This document shows positions 41,138 to 54,017 of a DNA stretch of 64,000 bases, piece by piece. Position numbers and translations under genes: made by a program. This stretch comes from Octopus vulgaris. Lineage: Eukaryota. The notes beneath the pieces were generated by a model. That model was not told the DNA's origin and did not search any database. It worked only from the letters and a program-made list of their open reading frames with translations. How positions within the stretch are numbered: position 1 is the stretch's first letter; every line of letters begins with the position of its first letter. The DNA lies in contig OX597814.1 in the NCBI GenBank assembly GCA_951406725.2, positions 3,720,001-3,784,000 on the forward strand. The letters run 5' to 3'.

Positions 41138-42279
41138 CATACATACACACACAGATACACGCATACGTAAATACATACATACATAATACATACATACATG
41201 CATGCATACATACATACATACATACATACATACATACATACATACATACATACATACATACATACATACATACATACAGTCATACATACATACATACATA
41301 CATACATACATTCATTCATACATACACACATACATACATACATACATACATACACACATACATACATACATACATACATACACACATACATACACACATA
41401 CATACATACATACATACATACACACATACATACATACATACATACATACATACACACATACATACATACACACATACATACATACATACATACATAGATA
41501 CATACATACATACATACATACATACATACATACATACATACATACATACATACATACATACATAATACATACATACATACATACATACACACACACATAC
41601 ATACATACATAATACATACATACATACATACATACATAATACATACATACATACACACACACACATACATACATACATACATACATACATACATACATAC
41701 ATACATAATACATACATACATACATACATACTTACATACTTACATACATACATACATACATACACACACACATACATACATACATACACACATACATACA
41801 TAAATACATACATACATACATACATACATACATACACACATACATACATACATACATACATACACACATACATACATAAATACATACATACATACATACA
41901 TACACACATACATACATACACACATACATACATACATACATACATACATACATACATACATACATACATACATACATACATACATACATACATACATACA
42001 TACATACATACATACACACATACATACATACACACATACATACATACATACATACATACATACATACATACATACATACATACATACATACATACATACA
42101 TACATACATACATACATACATACATACATACATACATACATACATACATACATACATACATACATACATACATACATACATAGATACATACATACATACA
42201 TACATACATACACACACACATACACACACACACACACACACAGACATACATACATACATACATACATACATACATACAT

Positions 42280-42328
<49 letters not shown>

Positions 42329-42461
42329 TACATACATACATACATACATACATACATACATACACACACACATACACACACACACACACACAGACATACA
42401 TACATACATACATACATACACACATGCATACATACATACATAGATAAATACATACATACAT

Positions 42462-42510
<49 letters not shown>

Positions 42511-42620
42511 TACATACATACATACATACATACATACATACACACATACATACATACATACATACATACATACATACATACATACATACATACATACATA
42601 CATACATACACACATACATA
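40950..42620. repeat. (TACA)n microsatellite, about 1.7 kb
   Basis: Directly visible. Confidence 0.97.
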
Positions 42621-42973
42621 TTTGCTTAAATGTTGCTTTTCTATGCCCTGTGTTATTTTATTAGACTTTCTATCTAAATTTATCCATTTATTTTTGTTGT
42701 TGTTTAATCTCAGATAATCTGCTATCACTGAAATCTGGTTTATTCTAATCTGATCCCGATATTTTCTTACAGACGCTCTATAACCATTATTACATTAGGT
42801 AAGTCTCCTTTCTTAAATATATGTGATTTGAGGGATATTTCTCTGCTATTTTTCATCGTTCCTATGTAACCTCTCTTACTTCTTCATGATGTTCTTGTTG
42901 TAGTTACTAGGGTTGGTTAGGAGACATTTTGGCATCGATTATTCTGACGTCTTAATATTTATCATGTTATCAT

Positions 42974-43897
42974 GGCGGCCAGCTGGCAGAAACGTTAGCA
43001 CGCCGGACGAAATGCTGAGCGGTTTTTCGTCTGCCGCTACGTTCCAAGTTCAAATTCCGCCGAGGTCGACTTTGCCTTTCATCCTTTCGGGGTCGATAAA
43101 TTAAGTACTAGTTACGCACTGGGGTCGATATAATCGACTTAATCCGTTTGTTTGTTCTTGTTAGTCCTCTCTGTGTTTAGCCCCTTGTGGGTTGTAAAGA
43201 AATAGGTATTTCGTCTGCCGCTACATTCTGAGTTCAAATTCCGCCGAGGTTGGCTTTACCTTTCATCCTTTCGGGGTCGATTAAATAAGTACCAGTTACG
43301 CATTGGGGTCGATATAATCGACTTAATCCCCTTGTTTGTCCTCTCTGTGTTTAGCCCCTTGTGGGTTGTAAAGAAATAGGTATTTCGTCTGCCGCTACAT
43401 TCTGAGTTCAAATTCCGCCGAGGTTGGCTTTACCTTTCATCCTTTCGGGGGTCGATTAAATAAGTACCAGTTACGCATTGGGGTCGATATAATCGACTTA
43501 ATCCCCTTGTTTGTCCCCTCTGTGTTTAGCCCCTTGTGGGTTGTAAAGAAATAGGTATTTCGTCTGCCGCTACATTCTGAGTTCAAATTCCGTCGAGGTC
43601 GACTTTGCCTTTCATCCTTTCGGGGTCGATTAAATAAGTACCAGTTACGCACTGGAGTCGATATAATCGACTTAATCCGTTTGTCTGTCCTTGTTTGTCC
43701 TCTCTGTGTTTAACCCCTTGTGGGTAGTAAAGAAATAGGTATTTCGTCTGCTGCTACGTTCTGAGTTTAAATGCTGCTGAGGTTGACTTTGCCTTTCATC
43801 CTTTCGGGGTCGATAAATTAAGTACTAGTTGCGTACTGAGGTTGATCTAATCGACTGGCTCCCTCCCCCAAAATTTCGGACCTTGTAGAAAAGAATA
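42974..43897 (+). repeat. Tandem array of 5 SINE family C units (174-184 bp period)
   Basis: Units restart near 43022, 43205, 43379, 43554 and 43738. Confidence 0.93.
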
Positions 43898-43926
43898 TTT
43901 ATCTTGTTTTCTCCTTCCCCCGACTC

Positions 43927-44011
<85 letters not shown>

Positions 44012-44229
44012 ACTCACTCTTTTTATCTGTATATACATATCCCTAAGTTAGAGTGCACGCATAAACGCGTGTTTTCCTCCACCCCAAAATATATTGTCGC
44101 CAAAGCCCTCTGAGCGCCCATCCAATCAGCCGTGCCAAATCGTCAGCGCCTAAACAGCAGCACCCAATCCTCTCCTTCCGACTAATAATGTTGCTAATGG
44201 TGGTATCTTGTCACTGTTAATGTTGCTGG

Positions 44230-44442
44230 TATTCAGTGACCTGAATAATAATAACATCGGAAAAATACGTTGGGAATGAGAACCCAGGTTCGAAATTTTC
44301 CCAAGACACCTGATGAAGGCTGGAGGGTATAACAGCCGAAACGTTGTGTTAACAACAAACAAGATGAGAACAAATATAAATGTAAATAATGAAAATAATG
44401 AAAATAATGTACATAATTCCTCATCTCATAGATATAGAACTG
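44230..44442 (+). mobile_element. Penelope-like pLTR remnant candidate; truncated antisense paralog at 62310-62423
   Basis: Both copies share ggagggtata.cagccgaaacgttgtgttaacaacaaacaagatgag. Confidence 0.6.
44305..44350 (+). ncRNA. Minimal hammerhead ribozyme motif
   Basis: gacac-CTGATGA-a-ggctg-gagggtataa-cagcc-GAAA-cg-TT-gtgtt; AACGTT palindrome at stem III. Confidence 0.7.
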
Positions 44443-45337
44443 TTGTTGTTGTTATTGCATTATTTAATTTGACCTGCTAGAAATAGTAACCAAATCTCCC
44501 TCAAATAACACTGGCGACTGAAAAATAGAAAAAACATTGTTTAGTGTATAATTTTTATTTCTAGATACTTGAGGATAGCGATTGGAATTTTTCTTTTTTC
44601 TTTTGTATTTATCCTGTTTGATGAGCTTTTGATTCGAGGTTAACACCTACATGAACCTGTGACCTTAATAGATTAAGGTGGGGTCGAGCTTAATAAGTAA
44701 TCAAGGACTGATTATTAACGAAGAATAAGCAAATATTCTGGTGCACTGTCAACAACTTTTCAGCGCACGGAGAATTTTATTTATTTATTTGAAGAAAGGT
44801 TGACGAAACAGAAGGGTGCGGAAGAGAAGAGCGCTTGGGGTTGACATCAAAACTGGACTTGTGTTTTTGAGGAAAGAGAAATTTTGTTGTTTGTTTTTTG
44901 TTTTTTTTTCAGCAAAAAATACACATGGAATGGTCACACAGCAACAGGTGGAAACAACAACTGCAACAAAATATAAGTTTGGCTTTGGATAGAAATTTTC
45001 TTTCAACAACACGCTTTGTTCCTACTCTCGGCAGCTGTTACCTGGCTTTATTTTCAGGGAGGTACTTACAAGATGTACGTTTTTTGGCTTCCAAACACCT
45101 CAGATGAAGAATGACAAACTCAGAAAACTGTAACATTTTGGCTATTTTCAGTAGAATCAGGTGCAAAAGATATTTGTTAAGATATGACATCTACCCGGAA
45201 TAAAATAGGAAAGGTGTTGGGTATTGTTTTTTTGTTTATATTACTGCTGTGCTTGTTTTTCGGGTTGAGACTGCTGTTGCCCTTCCTTGCCACACGGTGT
45301 GTCCTGCTGCTATTACTGATGTTTGTGTTGCTGTGGC

Positions 45338-45380
<43 letters not shown>

Positions 45381-45492
45381 GCTGGTGTTGTTATCGTTGT
45401 TATTGTTTTTATTGCTGTTGTTGTTGTGATTATTGTTGTCGTGGTTGATACTGCTGTTGCCCTCTTGCTCACTTTGTATGTTTTGATATTGT

Positions 45493-45529
<37 letters not shown>

Positions 45530-45559
45530 GTTGTTGTTTTTGTTGTTGTTGCCTAGGTG

Positions 45560-45770
45560 GTGGATTGGCCGGAAAACAAAAAGCTGTGGCGATATTTAAT
45601 CCGGCTGTTTAGATTCTGAGTTCGAATCCACCCCACCACCACCGAGATCAATCTTGTCTACCATTTTCGATAGAGCTGAAAATGAATACAATACCAGTTA
45701 AATATTGGGGGAATATCATCGATCACCACCACCACCACTATCGCGTTGTCTTGTGCCTATTTAGAAACAA
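45560..45770 (+). mobile_element. SINE family C, very decayed
   Basis: ttctgagttcgaatcc..taccagttaaatattgggg..ttgtgcctatttagaaa. Confidence 0.5.
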
Positions 45771-45839
45771 ATTATTGCTGCCGTTGTTGTTGTTGTTGAT
45801 ATGGCTGTCAGTCCTTTTGTTTGTTTTTTTGTTGTTGCC

Positions 45840-46020
45840 CTTCTATTTCTCTTCTTTTTCTTCTTTATTTTCACATCCTCTCCTTCCCTCCTCTTCCTCC
45901 TCCTATACTCTCCTTCCTCTTCTTCTTTCTCTTCTTTTACATCTTTTTTCTCGCTCTTTTTCCTTATCGTTCTTTTCTGTTCTTTTCATCGTCACCATCA
46001 TCATCACCTTCTTCTTCATA

Positions 46021-46052
<32 letters not shown>

Positions 46053-46560
46053 CTTCTTCTTCTTCTTCTTCTTCATCTTCTTCTTCTTCTTCTTCTTCTT
46101 CTTCTTCTTCCCTCTTCTTCTTCTTCTTCTTCCCTCTTCTTCTTCTTCTTCTCCTCCTACTTCTCCTTCTTCTTCTTCTCCTTCTTCTTCTTCTTCTTCC
46201 CTCTTCTTCTTCTTCCTTCTTCTTCTTCTTCTTCTTCTTCTTCTTCTTCTTCTTCTTCCCCTTCTTCTTCTTCTTCTTCTACTCTTCTTTTTCTTCTTAT
46301 TCCTTTTCATATTCTTCTTTCTACTTTTCTTCTCATTCTTATTCTTTTTCTTTCATTCTTGCTCTTTTTCCTTCTCGTTCTTTTCATCATCATCATCATC
46401 ATCACACTACCACATTCTTCTTCTTCTTCTTCTTCTTCTTCTTCTTCTTCTTCTTCTTCTTCTTCTTCTTCTTCTTCTTCTTCTTCTTCTTCTTCTCCTT
46501 TTTTCTTCTTCTTCTTCTACTTCTTCTTCTTCTTCTTCTCCTCTTTTCTCCTTCTTCTTG
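45840..46560. repeat. (CTT)n polypyrimidine microsatellite
   Basis: Directly visible. Confidence 0.95.
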
Positions 46561-46690
46561 TCACCATTGCTGCAATTCTTGATTAAATGGTATTTTATTT
46601 TAATTAGCAACAGCTGGTCCCTACTGACACGTGACTTGGGTGAAATGTTTCACACGATTTGGGGCTCCAACTGTTGATGAAGGAAACAGC

Positions 46691-46723
<33 letters not shown>

Positions 46724-47055
46724 GACAGAGAGACTGGTTAGGGTTTGAATTATAACTGTTGTTGTTTTTGTTGTTGTTGTTGTTGTTGCTGTTGTTGTTG
46801 TTGTTGACGTCGTCGTTGTTGTACTTGTTGGTGTTGTCTGTGTTATTAAGACTCAGGTTAACACTGATTCAAAGCAATTACGATAGAAAGCGTTCCAACC
46901 ACGCCCGTTCCCTCAACTTTAGGGTATCCCAAAATATTTCATTAAATATGTTCTTTTCCTTTTCTTCAATGAGGCTTAAGGGGTATTTGGCTGGGTTTTT
47001 CTTTTGCAGATTGCCAGACTACATAGAATGTTTCTCACCAGCTTAATGGTAGTTC

Positions 47056-47116
<61 letters not shown>

Positions 47117-47336
47117 AAGCAACAAGGCGGGTAAGAGTGATTAGGTGATGGTCTAGGGCTTAGGGGCGGGAGACCCCAGACCTTGGAAAAAAAAAAAAAC
47201 TTTGTTCGTCTTGTTGTAGTCGAGGGCTCTTCGTTGACGCCCGACACCACTGGGAGGTGGCCCTCGAAGTCGCTGGAAATGGAGATCTCCAGGTCCAAAT
47301 TCTTGGACGGCTGCTGTTGTTGCTGCTGTTGCTGCT

Positions 47337-47721
47337 TGTTTGTTTGTTTGTTTGTTGAACGAAGCGGTCTTCGTCCCGTCTGTAGTGGGAGAAGTCCGAA
47401 ACGTGGTCCTTTGCTATTCGTAAGACCCGCAGAAGAGAAAGCAGGTCAACCCCCGACACCGAGAGCATCGACGGATGGATGAATGCGCATCCAGGCTCAG
47501 CGGTTGCGTAGGAAGTCGGGGACAAGAAACAGGAAGAAAGAGTGAGAGAAAGTTGGGGGCGAAAGAGTACAACAGGGGTCGCCACCACCTCCTGCCGGAG
47601 CCTCGTTGAGCTTTAGGTGTTTTCGCTCAATAAACACACACAACGCCCGGTCTAGGAATCGAAACCGCGGTCCTCTGACCACGAGTCCGCTGCCCTAACT
47701 ACTGGGCCATTGCGCCTCCAC
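47337..47721 (-). mobile_element. SINE, family-B head with a third type of 3' half and (AAAC)n tail
   Basis: Head matches 55286. It diverges after ttcctgtttcttgt and ends gaccgcttcgttc(aaac)n inside a CAG/CAA repeat. Confidence 0.85.
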
Positions 47722-47959
47722 TTGCTGTTGTTGTTGCTGTTGTTGCTGTTGTTGTTGCTACTGTTGTTGTTGGGCTAATTCTGCTTTTATGTCACACGAA
47801 GCTGATAACAGGAGAAATGTTGTTTTCATTCCTTAATAGAAAATAGCTACATATTTCGGATGAGGCCAAAGAAGTTGCCCTTCCAACGATGGCCTACACA
47901 CTAGACTCTGCCGTCCTGCTGTATGTTAACATTCCACCCATGATTGTGCAATTAACAAG

Positions 47960-48093
47960 TTTACTTCACAACCACATGGTTCCAGGTTCAATCCCATAGC
48001 GCGGCACCTTACTCAAATATCTTCTAATACAGCTCCAGGCGGACTGAAGCCTTGTGAGTGGATTTGGTTGACAGATACTGCGTGGAAGTCCGT
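47960..48093 (+). mobile_element. SINE family A fragment
   Basis: Head/core homology. Confidence 0.7.
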
Positions 48094-48106
48094 TGTGTGT
48101 GTGTGT

Positions 48107-48149
<43 letters not shown>

Positions 48150-48685
48150 ATTATTCAGTTTTATTTCAAGATTTCTCTTCTCTACCCCAAATTATTATAT
48201 GAAACCTTCATCTCACATAAATCCTATCGGTGTCGCTGTTAATGTAGAAGTTGCCTCCTGTGGTGGTCAGTATCTTTCTAGGTTTAATATACAGGCTGCT
48301 GGTCTTGTCGAGTGTCCTGTCCAATATCCAAATGTTGTGCTAGCACTGACACTGCAAAAGCAATATGAGATATTCTCTCGTTAAACGCAAACAGCTCTGA
48401 GTTCCACATTTTCTGGAGTCTACAGAAATACTCCTTTGTTATTTTCTCTTTAGTCGCAGCATCAATGTATGCAACATCGTCATCAATTCCGAGGTATTTG
48501 AAGCTTTCATCGTTAGAGATAGGGGTGATAGAGAAATTGTTGGTATACATGTTCTCTGTCTGGTTGACAATCTTTCCTCGGTTGACTACCTTGCCCAAAA
48601 TCCAATCCTGTATCTCTTGAGACTTTTGGGGCCAGTTCTAATTGTCTCTTGATGTCGATCATATTATCAGAATATTACTTTAAGT

Positions 48686-48904
48686 CAGTGGTTTTCAACC
48701 AGGGTTCCGCGGAACCATAGGGTTCCGCCAGTACAGTGCAGGGGTTCCGCAAGAAGTTACAAAACTGCTAAAATCGACAGAAAATTTTAATTTTCCTGTG
48801 CAGATATATGTGCATAAGACTATTAAATTATTGCACAGGGGTTCCTCGAGCCAGTGGAATGTTTCCTTGGGGTTCCGCTCCAGCAAAATGTTTGAAAAGC
48901 ACTG
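48686..48904. mobile_element. hAT-type MITE, 219 bp
   Basis: TIRs cagtggttttcaacc / gtttgaaaagcactg; perfect 8-bp TSD ctttaagt (48678-48685, 48905-48912); repeated gggttccgc subterminal motifs. Confidence 0.92.
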
Positions 48905-49108
48905 CTTTAAGTCATTAACAAAAAATGTGTGGGTGACATTAATTTTATTCTTTTCTGGATATCTCAGCATTCCGCCTTGACATTTTGTTAGCCGAGCTGA
49001 GAAGGGAGCCACAGACCAGTACAAACAACATTACAGATAAACCGTCACCTTGGAATATGCCTGTTAATAGCTTCATTCTGTTTAGAACAATAGGTGTTTG
49101 CTTGTATA

Positions 49109-49341
49109 TATTTCTTTACTGCCCACAAGGGGCTAAACACAGAGGGGACAAACAAGGACAGACATAGGTATTAAGTCGATTACATCGATCCCAGTGCGTA
49201 ACTGGTACTTTATTTATCGACCCCGAAAGGATGAAAGGCAAAGTCGACCTCGGCGGAATTTGAACTCAGAACGTAGCGGCAGACGAAATACGGCTACGCA
49301 TTTCGCCCGGCGTGCTAACGTTTCTGGCAGCTCGCCGGTGA
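49109..49341 (-). mobile_element. SINE family C, full-length monomer
   Basis: 11-bp TSD ttgcttgtata at 49098-49108 and 49342-49352. Confidence 0.93.
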
Positions 49342-49567
49342 TTGCTTGTATAGTCTGTGATAACTGAGTGGACCTTGTTGCAGTTAGTTTTTCAATGACA
49401 TTCACTACAGCAACTGGTATTTTGGCAAGGAGTAGTGACTTTATCAGCCATGAGTGAGGCACAGAGTCGGGCACTTTGCAGTCGAGCTAAAACCGTTAAG
49501 AGAAGACGACGATGTTGCTTGGTTTCTTTAAGGACATCTTTGATGATGAGGAACTACAAACTTATTC

Positions 49568-49614
<47 letters not shown>

Positions 49615-49682
49615 TATGTATGTATGTATGTATGTATGTATGTATGTATGTATGTATGTACGTACGTATGTATGTATGTACG

Positions 49683-49713
<31 letters not shown>

Positions 49714-49721
49714 GTGCATCT

Positions 49722-49940
49722 TTGTGTTTGTTTTAGTCCCCTCCCCCCTTACGACATGGCAACTGGCGCTAGTTTGTTTGTTTACGTCCTCATAATTTAG
49801 CTGCTCAGCAAAAGAGAAAAGACGCACCTGACTTTTAAAAAAATTAAGTCCTGTGGTCGATTTGTTCGGCTAAACCCTTCAAGGCGGTGCCTCAGTATGG
49901 CCGCAGTCGAGTGACTGAAACAGCAAAAATATAAAACATA
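49722..49940 (+). mobile_element. SINE family A, 3' half
   Basis: Tail aaggcggtgcctcagtatggccgcagtc..tgactgaaac. Confidence 0.8.
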
Positions 49941-50114
49941 AATAACCCACCATCTTTTGTGATCTTACAGTAAAGAGAGGTTATCCTGCCACCCATGGCT
50001 AACACATCAGACTCCGAGATTCTGCAGTCTGGTCACCAAGGTTGTCCTCTCTTCTTTTTCCAAACCATAAAAGCAAAATAAAAAAAACAAACTGATTTTC
50101 TCAAGGGCAACACT

Positions 50115-50187
<73 letters not shown>

Positions 50188-50631
50188 GGTGGTGGTGGTG
50201 GTGGTGTTAGCGGTGGTGGTGGTGGTGGCATAAAAGCAGCAGCAGCAGCAGAGGCAGCGGTGATGAGAGATAAGGCGAGATGGCAAACGATAAGAACAGG
50301 AAGAAGCGGAGGAGGAGAAGGAGGAGGAGGAGGAGCGGGGAGGGGGAGGAGCGGGAGTTACATTAAGGGACGTAATGTGCCGCCTTAGCTATTAATTACC
50401 GCAAGTAAACAAAAACAATGAAGATGGGATGGGAGGAGGAGGAGGAGGAGGAGGAGGGGAGGAAGAGGGTGGTAGTGGTGGTGGTAAGGTCGGTGGCGGG
50501 GGGGAATTGGAGTTCTGTCTCTCTCTCTTCCGTCTGTCTGTGCGTCCGATTTCATTTCAGGCACCATCAGCATCATCATCACGATCATTCTGATTATCAG
50601 TATCTAAACACCAAAATCACTATTCATTATT

Positions 50632-50712
<81 letters not shown>

Positions 50713-50772
50713 GTTATTATTGTTATAATTGCTGTTATTATTAATATTAATATTATTATTACTATTATTATT

Positions 50773-50819
<47 letters not shown>

Positions 50820-50830
50820 TATTATTATTA

Positions 50831-50898
<68 letters not shown>

Positions 50899-51200
50899 TT
50901 ATCTTCATCATCCGCACCACCAACGCTATCACTATCCTCACCGTGATCATCATCAAAGCCATCATCATCATCATCATCATCATCATCGTCATCGTCGTCG
51001 TCGTTGTCAGCATCATCATCATCATCATCATCATCAACGATATTCCTGTTCAAGTTGTTGATGTTATAATTAATGCCGGTATGTTTTTTTTTAGTTTCTT
51101 TTTGTTATTTTTGATATTCTTCTTCCTGTTGTTGTCGTTGTTGTTGTTGTTGCCAGTGGTGGTGGAAGTGGTGATGGTAGGTAGGGTGCTAGGGGTGTGG
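50115..51200. repeat. Trinucleotide microsatellite cluster (TAG, TGG, GAG, ATC, ATT)
   Basis: Directly visible. Confidence 0.9.
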
Positions 51201-51552
51201 GTGTGGGGTGGCGGTGCCGTTGTTGCTTTTTCGCTTTGGCGCTACTTGCAATGCAAGTATTTTTCTGTGAAGTCAGCAAAACCGTTGCCCTGAACAATGG
51301 CGTCTTTGTTGCCAACACCAACTATCAAAGCAAGGAGGTGCAATTTAAGCGGAACACCTCCATATCTGATTAGACTCCATGTTTAGATAATGAAGCTTTT
51401 TGTTAGCCGACTAAAATGGCCGATCATTAGAGCCGTGGAGGTTGTGACAAGTGAATTTATTGGCTACACCTCGCTTTCACAACCGAACGCATTCAAACAC
51501 TTCATTCGCACACACATTCGTACACCAATACGCATTTATATATCCATTACAC

Positions 51553-51592
<40 letters not shown>

Positions 51593-51659
51593 TCACAAAC
51601 ATATATATATATACAAATATATACAATTATATAAATATGTGTATATATGTGAGCGTATG

Positions 51660-51706
<47 letters not shown>

Positions 51707-51920
51707 ATATAAAGGGACACACACACACTTAAATATACATAGGCACACACAGCGTTACATAGACACGCACACACATTTATTAATTCGGGCGTTCATTTTC
51801 TCTTAGATTTATACATACATAAACGAATACACATGTATATAGAAATGCACGCATAAATACATACGCATACATACCACTCACATTCTTATACACATATGTA
51901 TGTGTGCATATACACACACA

Positions 51921-51964
<44 letters not shown>

Positions 51965-51990
51965 TACATACATTTACATATAGATACATA

Positions 51991-52269
51991 ACAGCGCAGT
52001 ACCAGTCAAAATTGACGATATATATATATATATCATTACTTTAAATATTATATATATATATATTTAAATATATACATGTGCGTGTGTGTATGTATGTAGT
52101 GAGAGCGAGGGGGGAGATAGAAAGCAAGAGAAGAAATGGCTGACAGTAGAACGAGTAAGTGTATGACAAAATGAAGCACAAGATGGCGCCATGCTCGAAG
52201 TCAGAGTATTAGGAAGCAATGAAAGAAGTCAGAAATATCACTCGTCAATTTTGACGTGTTCTGCGCTGG
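51991..52269. mobile_element. MITE-like element with about 28-bp imperfect TIRs and TA flanks
   Basis: TA|acagcgcagtaccagtcaaaattgacga ... tcgtcaattttgacgtgttctgcgctgg|TA. Confidence 0.7.
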
Positions 52270-52330
52270 TATGGATTTATATATACATATAAGTGTGTGT
52301 GTGTGTGTGTGTGTGTGTGCGGGCACGCAT

Positions 52331-52367
<37 letters not shown>

Positions 52368-52593
52368 GGCGAGCTGGTAGAAACGTTAGCACGCCGGACG
52401 AAATTCGTAGCGGTATTTCGTCTGTCGTTACGTTCCGAGTTCAAATTCCGCCGAGGTCGACTTTGCCTTTCATCCTTTCGGGGTCGATAAATTAAGTACC
52501 AGTTGCGCACTGGGGCCGATGTGATCGACTTAATCCCTTTGTTTGTCCTTGTTTGTCCCTTCTATGTTTAGCCCCTTGTGGGTAGCAAAGAAA
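52368..52593 (+). mobile_element. SINE family C, full-length monomer
   Basis: Head, body and tail intact. Confidence 0.92.
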
Positions 52594-52607
52594 TATATAT
52601 ATATAAT

Positions 52608-52812
52608 GTGCATTGTTCAGTGGTTAGAGCGTCGGGCTCCCAATAACGAGATAGTGAGTTCGAATCCTGTACCGAGTTGTGTGCTGTGTTCTTGAGCAAG
52701 ACACTTTATTTCATGCTGTTCCAGCTCGATCAGCTGAAGAAATGATTTGCCACGTCGTTAGTGCAAAACTGTATTGGCCCCTTTACCTTTCCCTCGGATA
52801 ACAGTGGTGGCG
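52608..52812 (+). mobile_element. SINE family D, 3'-truncated
   Basis: cagtggttagagcg A-box, gagttcgaatcc B-box, gtgttcttgagcaagacactttatttc core. Confidence 0.8.
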
Positions 52813-52820
52813 TATATATA

Positions 52821-52891
52821 TATAATCAAAATAAGCAACAAGAATAACTTCTAAATTACCGAAGTTATTCTTGTTGCTTATTTTGATTATA
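52821..52891. repeat. Perfect 31-bp inverted repeat with 9-nt loop
   Basis: tataatcaaaataagcaacaagaataacttc-taaattacc-gaagttattcttgttgcttattttgattata. Confidence 0.95.
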
Positions 52892-53007
52892 GTCACCCCC
52901 ATGGATTTATATGGATAACACCATACAAAATTCTGGTGCATCTAACTTAAGTACCATATTCATTTGAATCTAAATTGTTGCTGATTTATATATATATATA
53001 TATACAA

Positions 53008-53070
<63 letters not shown>

Positions 53071-53120
53071 AAAATATATACAGTCAAAAATTGTGAAGCA
53101 TGACTGTCACCACTACTACA

Positions 53121-53165
53121 TGAACCTGAAGATTGCAGAGTTTAATGCATGAAAGTACTAGTTCA
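53121..53165 (+). ncRNA. Minimal hammerhead ribozyme motif
   Basis: tgaac-CTGAAGA-t-tgca-gagtttaa-tgca-t-GAAA-gtac-TA-gttca; palindromic AGTACT at stem III. Confidence 0.72.
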
Positions 53166-53289
53166 ATCAGAATGAACATTTAACATTCTACTATTTTATT
53201 TTATTCTATTATATTATATTATCTTATATTATATCATTATAAGATTGTAAATAAAACGTGAAAATCAGACAAGGTTGGAATTCCTTTTA

Positions 53290-53343
<54 letters not shown>

Positions 53344-53344
53344 T

Positions 53345-53515
53345 ATGTCTTCCCTTCTCTGGATCTTTCCTTCTCCTATGTTTCCGACGAAGAGCTCCGC
53401 TCGAAACGTTAAACCCTCCTTCTTTCTATCTTTCCTGAGCGTCCAATAATACTATATTTGTTCCACGTCCTCGCATTGTTGTGTTTTTTTGTGCTTTCTT
53501 GTTTGGATTAACTTC
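53345..53515 (+). mobile_element. (TA)n-flanked short repeat with a variant hammerhead-like motif at 53380-53414
   Basis: gttt-CCGACGA-a-gagc-tcc-gctc-GAAA-cg-TT-aaac; an identical motif is inverted at 54287-54321. Confidence 0.65.
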
Positions 53516-53598
<83 letters not shown>

Positions 53599-53969
53599 AA
53601 GAAGTTCAAAGATTCCATGTTTGAACGTCTTTCCTTTAATACTTCAAATGTTAAAACTGTTTTCTGTGATGAAGGAGACTTGCCTCAACACATGATGGAA
53701 TCAATCTACAAACATTATTATGGACCACCGACCCCCCAGAAACAGCTGTCGGGTTTGTAATATTGTTCCTCATCCACTTTAACTCTCTGTATCATTTGTT
53801 TTCTGAATAAGTCGGACATGTTTATATATAAAGACATTTACATTTCCTTGTATTTCATGCATTTAGTATACTTTGTATATTGACCTGCCTAACACGCTTA
53901 TCTTTACATTTATTTCTCTACCTGCACAAGTTTAAATCTTTTGAGTACTACTAAACAATATACACGCGC

Positions 53970-54017
<48 letters not shown>

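Larger units (their letters stand above)
48200..49550 (-). pseudogene. Decayed non-LTR reverse transcriptase (R4/Dong-like RLE clade), split by a SINE and a MITE
   Basis: Ordered motifs LIIKDVLKETKQHRR, PDSVPHSWLI, GIFQGDGLS, THTFFVNDLK, SRDTGLDFG, FKYLGI and KEYFCRLQKMWNSEL. Confidence 0.85.

Noticed and set aside
41316-42728. 470-aa ORF
   Set aside because: (TGTA)n repeat translation.
45682-46677. 331-aa hydrophobic ORF
   Set aside because: (CTT)n repeat translation.
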